NCBI GenBank assembly: GCA_051362555.1
Contig: CM120642.1
Coordinates: 18,972,001 to 19,036,000 of the forward strand
Source of the DNA: Lingula anatina
Taxonomy: Eukaryota > Animalia > Brachiopoda
DNA: 64,000 nt
Direction: 5' to 3'
In this document: positions 62,001-64,000 of the stretch, one piece after another
How positions within the stretch are numbered: position 1 is the stretch's first letter
How the letters are laid out: every line of letters starts with the position of its first letter
The notes under the pieces: model-generated
What the model saw: only the letters and a program-made list of their open reading frames with translations
Databases searched by the model: none
What the model was told of the DNA's origin: nothing
Program-made: the position numbers and the translations under genes

Positions 62001-62942
62001 TTCCACTTCACTGGGTTTTAGAGTTTCTGAAAGGTCAGTTTGAAATAGCTTTGGAATGTCAAGGTCTCCCTCAGAAGAACAATGATTGAGACTCTCTGGA
62101 GAAAGGATATCCACAGGATACAGTTCAGACAAGGCAAATTTGGCAGGGATTGTAACTGGTTTGTCTGAGTAGTTGGTAACCTCTATTGGAACACGCTGTG
62201 ATTTGACTCCAGGTTTTAACTCAATCAGACCTGGGGAGATAACTAATGTACCAGGTAAATGTGAAGAGCTGCTCTCATCAGCTAATACCCGGATATGCAT
62301 ACAAGAGGATGCTGCTCTAGTTTGTCCATGAATTACCGTACGACAAGAAGGTTTTACGGTAATGTTCTTTGTGGAAGTGACAACTCCCAATGACCCTTGT
62401 TTCTGAAAGAGAGCATTTAAAGAGACAATGGCTTTAAACACATTTTGCCACACCACGTCTACGTCCCTTGGAACTGTCTTGCCTTCTAAAATAACTTTCA
62501 AAACGTTGGTGCCTATGAGTAATGGAACTTTTATGTGATATTTGTTGGTGGGTACCACTAACATCAACACAGGAATGGGCGGTTCCTGTAATCCGGGAAC
62601 TGAAAGATTCACTTCTGTATAGCCAAGATACTGCAAAGTAGTTCCACCAGCTGCTTCCACCTGAATAATATGATCTAAATCAAGCACGTCTAGCTTGAGG
62701 TCATCACACAATTGCTTAGAAATAGTACTGACCATGGAACCTGTATCAAGTAAGGCCAAAACAGATTTGCTATTGACACTAACAGATGTCTCATTAGCTC
62801 TACCAACCAATCGCTGAAGTATAGGTTTATTGGCAACCTCAGGTTGGTATATCTTGTTTTCAGTCTCAGGTTTGTGAGGCATGAATTTAACACAATCTAC
62901 AACCTGCCCCCGTTTGTAGACTGTCTTGAGTTTTCCGGACAC
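59031..62942 (-). CDS. pol: Gypsy Pol polyprotein (protease, RT, RNase H, integrase)
   Basis: LLDTGS protease; RFCIDLRKLN, LDLKSAYWQ and YLDDII RT motifs; TDAS..GLGAVL and VYTDNNPL RNase H motifs; H-H-C-C zinc motif and D,D(35)E core (LHSDQGRNFES...GQVERFNR). No true ATG at the ORF start. Confidence 0.97.
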   Translation of the reverse strand: MSGKLKTVYKRGQVVDCVKFMPHKPETENKIYQPEVANKPILQRLVGRANETSVSVNSKSVLALLDTGSMVSTISKQLCDDLKLDVLDLDHIIQVEAAGGTTLQYLGYTEVNLSVPGLQEPPIPVLMLVVPTNKYHIKVPLLIGTNVLKVILEGKTVPRDVDVVWQNVFKAIVSLNALFQKQGSLGVVTSTKNITVKPSCRTVIHGQTRAASSCMHIRVLADESSSSHLPGTLVISPGLIELKPGVKSQRVPIEVTNYSDKPVTIPAKFALSELYPVDILSPESLNHCSSEGDLDIPKLFQTDLSETLKPSEVEKVTCMLKKWQSVFSKNDLDLGHTNITKHHINLTDNLPFTERHSRIPPSMINEVREHLQDMLKLGVIRRSESPYSSGVVLVRKKDGALRFCIDLRKLNSKTIKDSYALPRIDETLDILHGASWFSVLDLKSAYWQVEIEESDIPKTAFSVGNLGLFECTRMPYGCTNAPATFQRLMETCMGDLYLTDCLIYLDDIIVFSNSIEEHLKKLEKIFQRLHEAGLKLKPKKCKLFQKSIKYLGHVVSEKGVETDPEKIEVIKNWPIPKNVKEVQSFLGFVGFYRRFIKDFSKIAKPLHNLTKGNVNVKKGRRHSQSSSSSASFTWGEEELSAFSRLIECIISSPTLAFADFSKPFILHTDASAIGLGAVLYQVQDGVRKPIAFASRLLNGAESRYSAHKLEFLALKWSITDKFHDYLYGNEFTVYTDNNPLTYLLTSAKLDATGHRWVSQLSNYNFSIMYRSGKSNVDADSLSRIEWPEASKEIMSQSVHAIFQMGLVEDTSLIDAHSVSGEQNSEQMQHWSVIQGEDPVLKHIVAAVQGKPVDYTKLGFEGNVFKREFPKLVLRENVLYRRRKIDGNVNFQLVLPQSYRSKAITGCHESMGHPGRERTLDLMRVRFYWPGMTRDVIQHVSQCGRCIVRKSPTKQDTYLTSISSSYPLQLVCIDYLSIEDCKGGVGNVLVITDHFTRYAFAIPTKNQTAKTTAEALYNNFIVHYGFPERLHSDQGRNFESDTIQELCKLGGIVKSRTTPYHPMGNGQVERFNRSLLGMLGTLDPDEKKDWKKYVPSLVHAYNCTKNKTTGFSPFFLMFGHHPRLAIDLLFQNPKDPVLSSSYPEYVCQLKEKLTYAYELASQQINKSQTRQKETYDQKVNYVGITVGDRVLVRNVGLKGKNKLADKWKPEVFLVINQPNTDIPVFVVKPETGKGSEKTLHRNMLLPLTSLPIFPVNRPIPSKRKQKKISSNPSPVPSSSSSSDSDSDNSTYRGPLTRSRKNPIP

Positions 62943-64000
62943 TCAGTTTGTTTGTGTCCTATTTTTTTACAAGCAAAACACCTACCTGTGAACTGTCTAC
63001 GTGCAGATGCCTTTTCTCTATCCAATTTATCCAATCTGTTTTTTAGAGTCTCCAACTGAAAAACAAGATCATTCAATTTTGACGTCATGTCACTTGTAAC
63101 CGTGTTTTGTTGAACACTAGCAGAACTTACCTGTTCTTGCTCTGCTATCCTGGCTGCCCTGAGTAGTTCATGATAACTTGCACCAGAATCATATTTGTGT
63201 TTTATGCTAAATTTGATGTTTGTTGAGGACAACCCACTATAGAATTTATTGCGCAACTTCCTCCTTACCTCCTCAGAAGTAATAGGATCTGCCCTGCGTA
63301 CTTCCCCTAGTAAATCCTCCAACCTACAGGCCCATTTCGCGACAGTCTCAGAACTCACCTGGTTGGCATTGTAGAATTTCTGCAAAGCAGCTTCTATTGG
63401 CAAAATTTTTCCGAAGACCATATCCAACTTCTCAATTAAGAGATCAATTGTCATCTCTTCGTCGAGCGACATATCCATGTTGAGCAATATATCAGCAGCA
63501 GTTCCTTTTAGGGATCTGCGTATAGCTAAAAAGATCATTGCAGAAGGATAGACACCCTCTTTAACCAGACTCATGACTTCGTATCGCCATTGTTGATATG
63601 ATGACTCACCCTTTCCATCATCACCTGAGAAATAAGAAATTTTGGGTGGAACACCAGAAGTATTAGAAAAAGTAGTGCCACCAGGTGTACTTGACACATT
63701 CTGAATAGGAGCAGAGGCCACTGCTGGACTAGAAGCTGAAACAGTTTGTCTGGGATCAGATGATACTGTTGGTGAATGAGCTGGAATATCAGACTCAAAA
63801 AGGCGATGGACAGGTCTTTTAGTTGAATGAGTTTCCTGAAATTCATTTTTTAAAATCTGAAACATCAAACGCTTGTTATCAAGGGACATTACACTCAACA
63901 TATCCTCCATGTATTGTGCAGGTGTTTTAGCTGAGATGTCAGAAGTATCACCAGCCGCTTCAGTAATTGTCTTTTTTCTTGGAGTAGGTTTTGGTTTTTT
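62897..64000 (-). CDS. gag: Gypsy Gag (PNMA-like capsid plus CCHC zinc knuckle), open beyond the window edge
   Basis: FSG...SYQQWRYEV, IRRSLKGTAA, Q...ETVAKWACRLE and CFACKKIGHKQTEC. The frame stays open upstream of the annotated Met at 63910 to the window end (KPKPTPRKKTITEAAG...). Confidence 0.92.
   Translation of the reverse strand, partial: KKPKPTPRKKTITEAAGDTSDISAKTPAQYMEDMLSVMSLDNKRLMFQILKNEFQETHSTKRPVHRLFESDIPAHSPTVSSDPRQTVSASSPAVASAPIQNVSSTPGGTTFSNTSGVPPKISYFSGDDGKGESSYQQWRYEVMSLVKEGVYPSAMIFLAIRRSLKGTAADILLNMDMSLDEEMTIDLLIEKLDMVFGKILPIEAALQKFYNANQVSSETVAKWACRLEDLLGEVRRADPITSEEVRRKLRNKFYSGLSSTNIKFSIKHKYDSGASYHELLRAARIAEQEQVSSASVQQNTVTSDMTSKLNDLVFQLETLKNRLDKLDREKASARRQFTGRCFACKKIGHKQTECPENSRQSTNGGRL

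Larger units (their letters stand above)
58155..64000 (-). mobile_element. Ty3/Gypsy LTR retrotransposon, truncated by the window edge
   Basis: Uninterrupted gag and pol ORFs, domain order PR-RT-RH-IN, PPT and LTR start. Confidence 0.95.

Noticed and set aside
59083-63846. Short ORFs overlapping gag/pol
   Set aside because: Antisense or off-frame shadows of the long retroelement ORFs.

Overview
AT-rich, intron-rich eukaryotic DNA. The gene set and repeat types suggest an invertebrate, probably a lophotrochozoan or mollusc, but the taxon is inferred only. The left half (1-34 kb) holds conserved spliced genes: the last exon of an unidentified + strand gene, RBM18 (-), an intronless small heat-shock protein gene (-), MRRF (+), C9orf78/TLS1 (-, with a 3.4-kb satellite-bearing Helentron/HINE-like insertion in an intron) and ZGPAT (+). 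The right half (35.7-57.3 kb) is a roughly 11.5-kb tandem segmental duplication. It carries a cluster the ORF track misses because the exons are tiny: five intact three-exon genes plus one remnant, encoding 74-89-aa secreted precursors built as signal peptide / poly-Arg cationic segment / acidic helical tail. This is the best candidate for an undescribed system (putative antimicrobial or host-defence peptide family). The window ends inside an apparently intact Ty3/Gypsy LTR retrotransposon with a visible -1 frameshift slippery site and pseudoknot. Many short non-autonomous DNA transposons are present, several confirmed by empty sites in the paralogous block. All exon coordinates were read by eye and no database searches were run.
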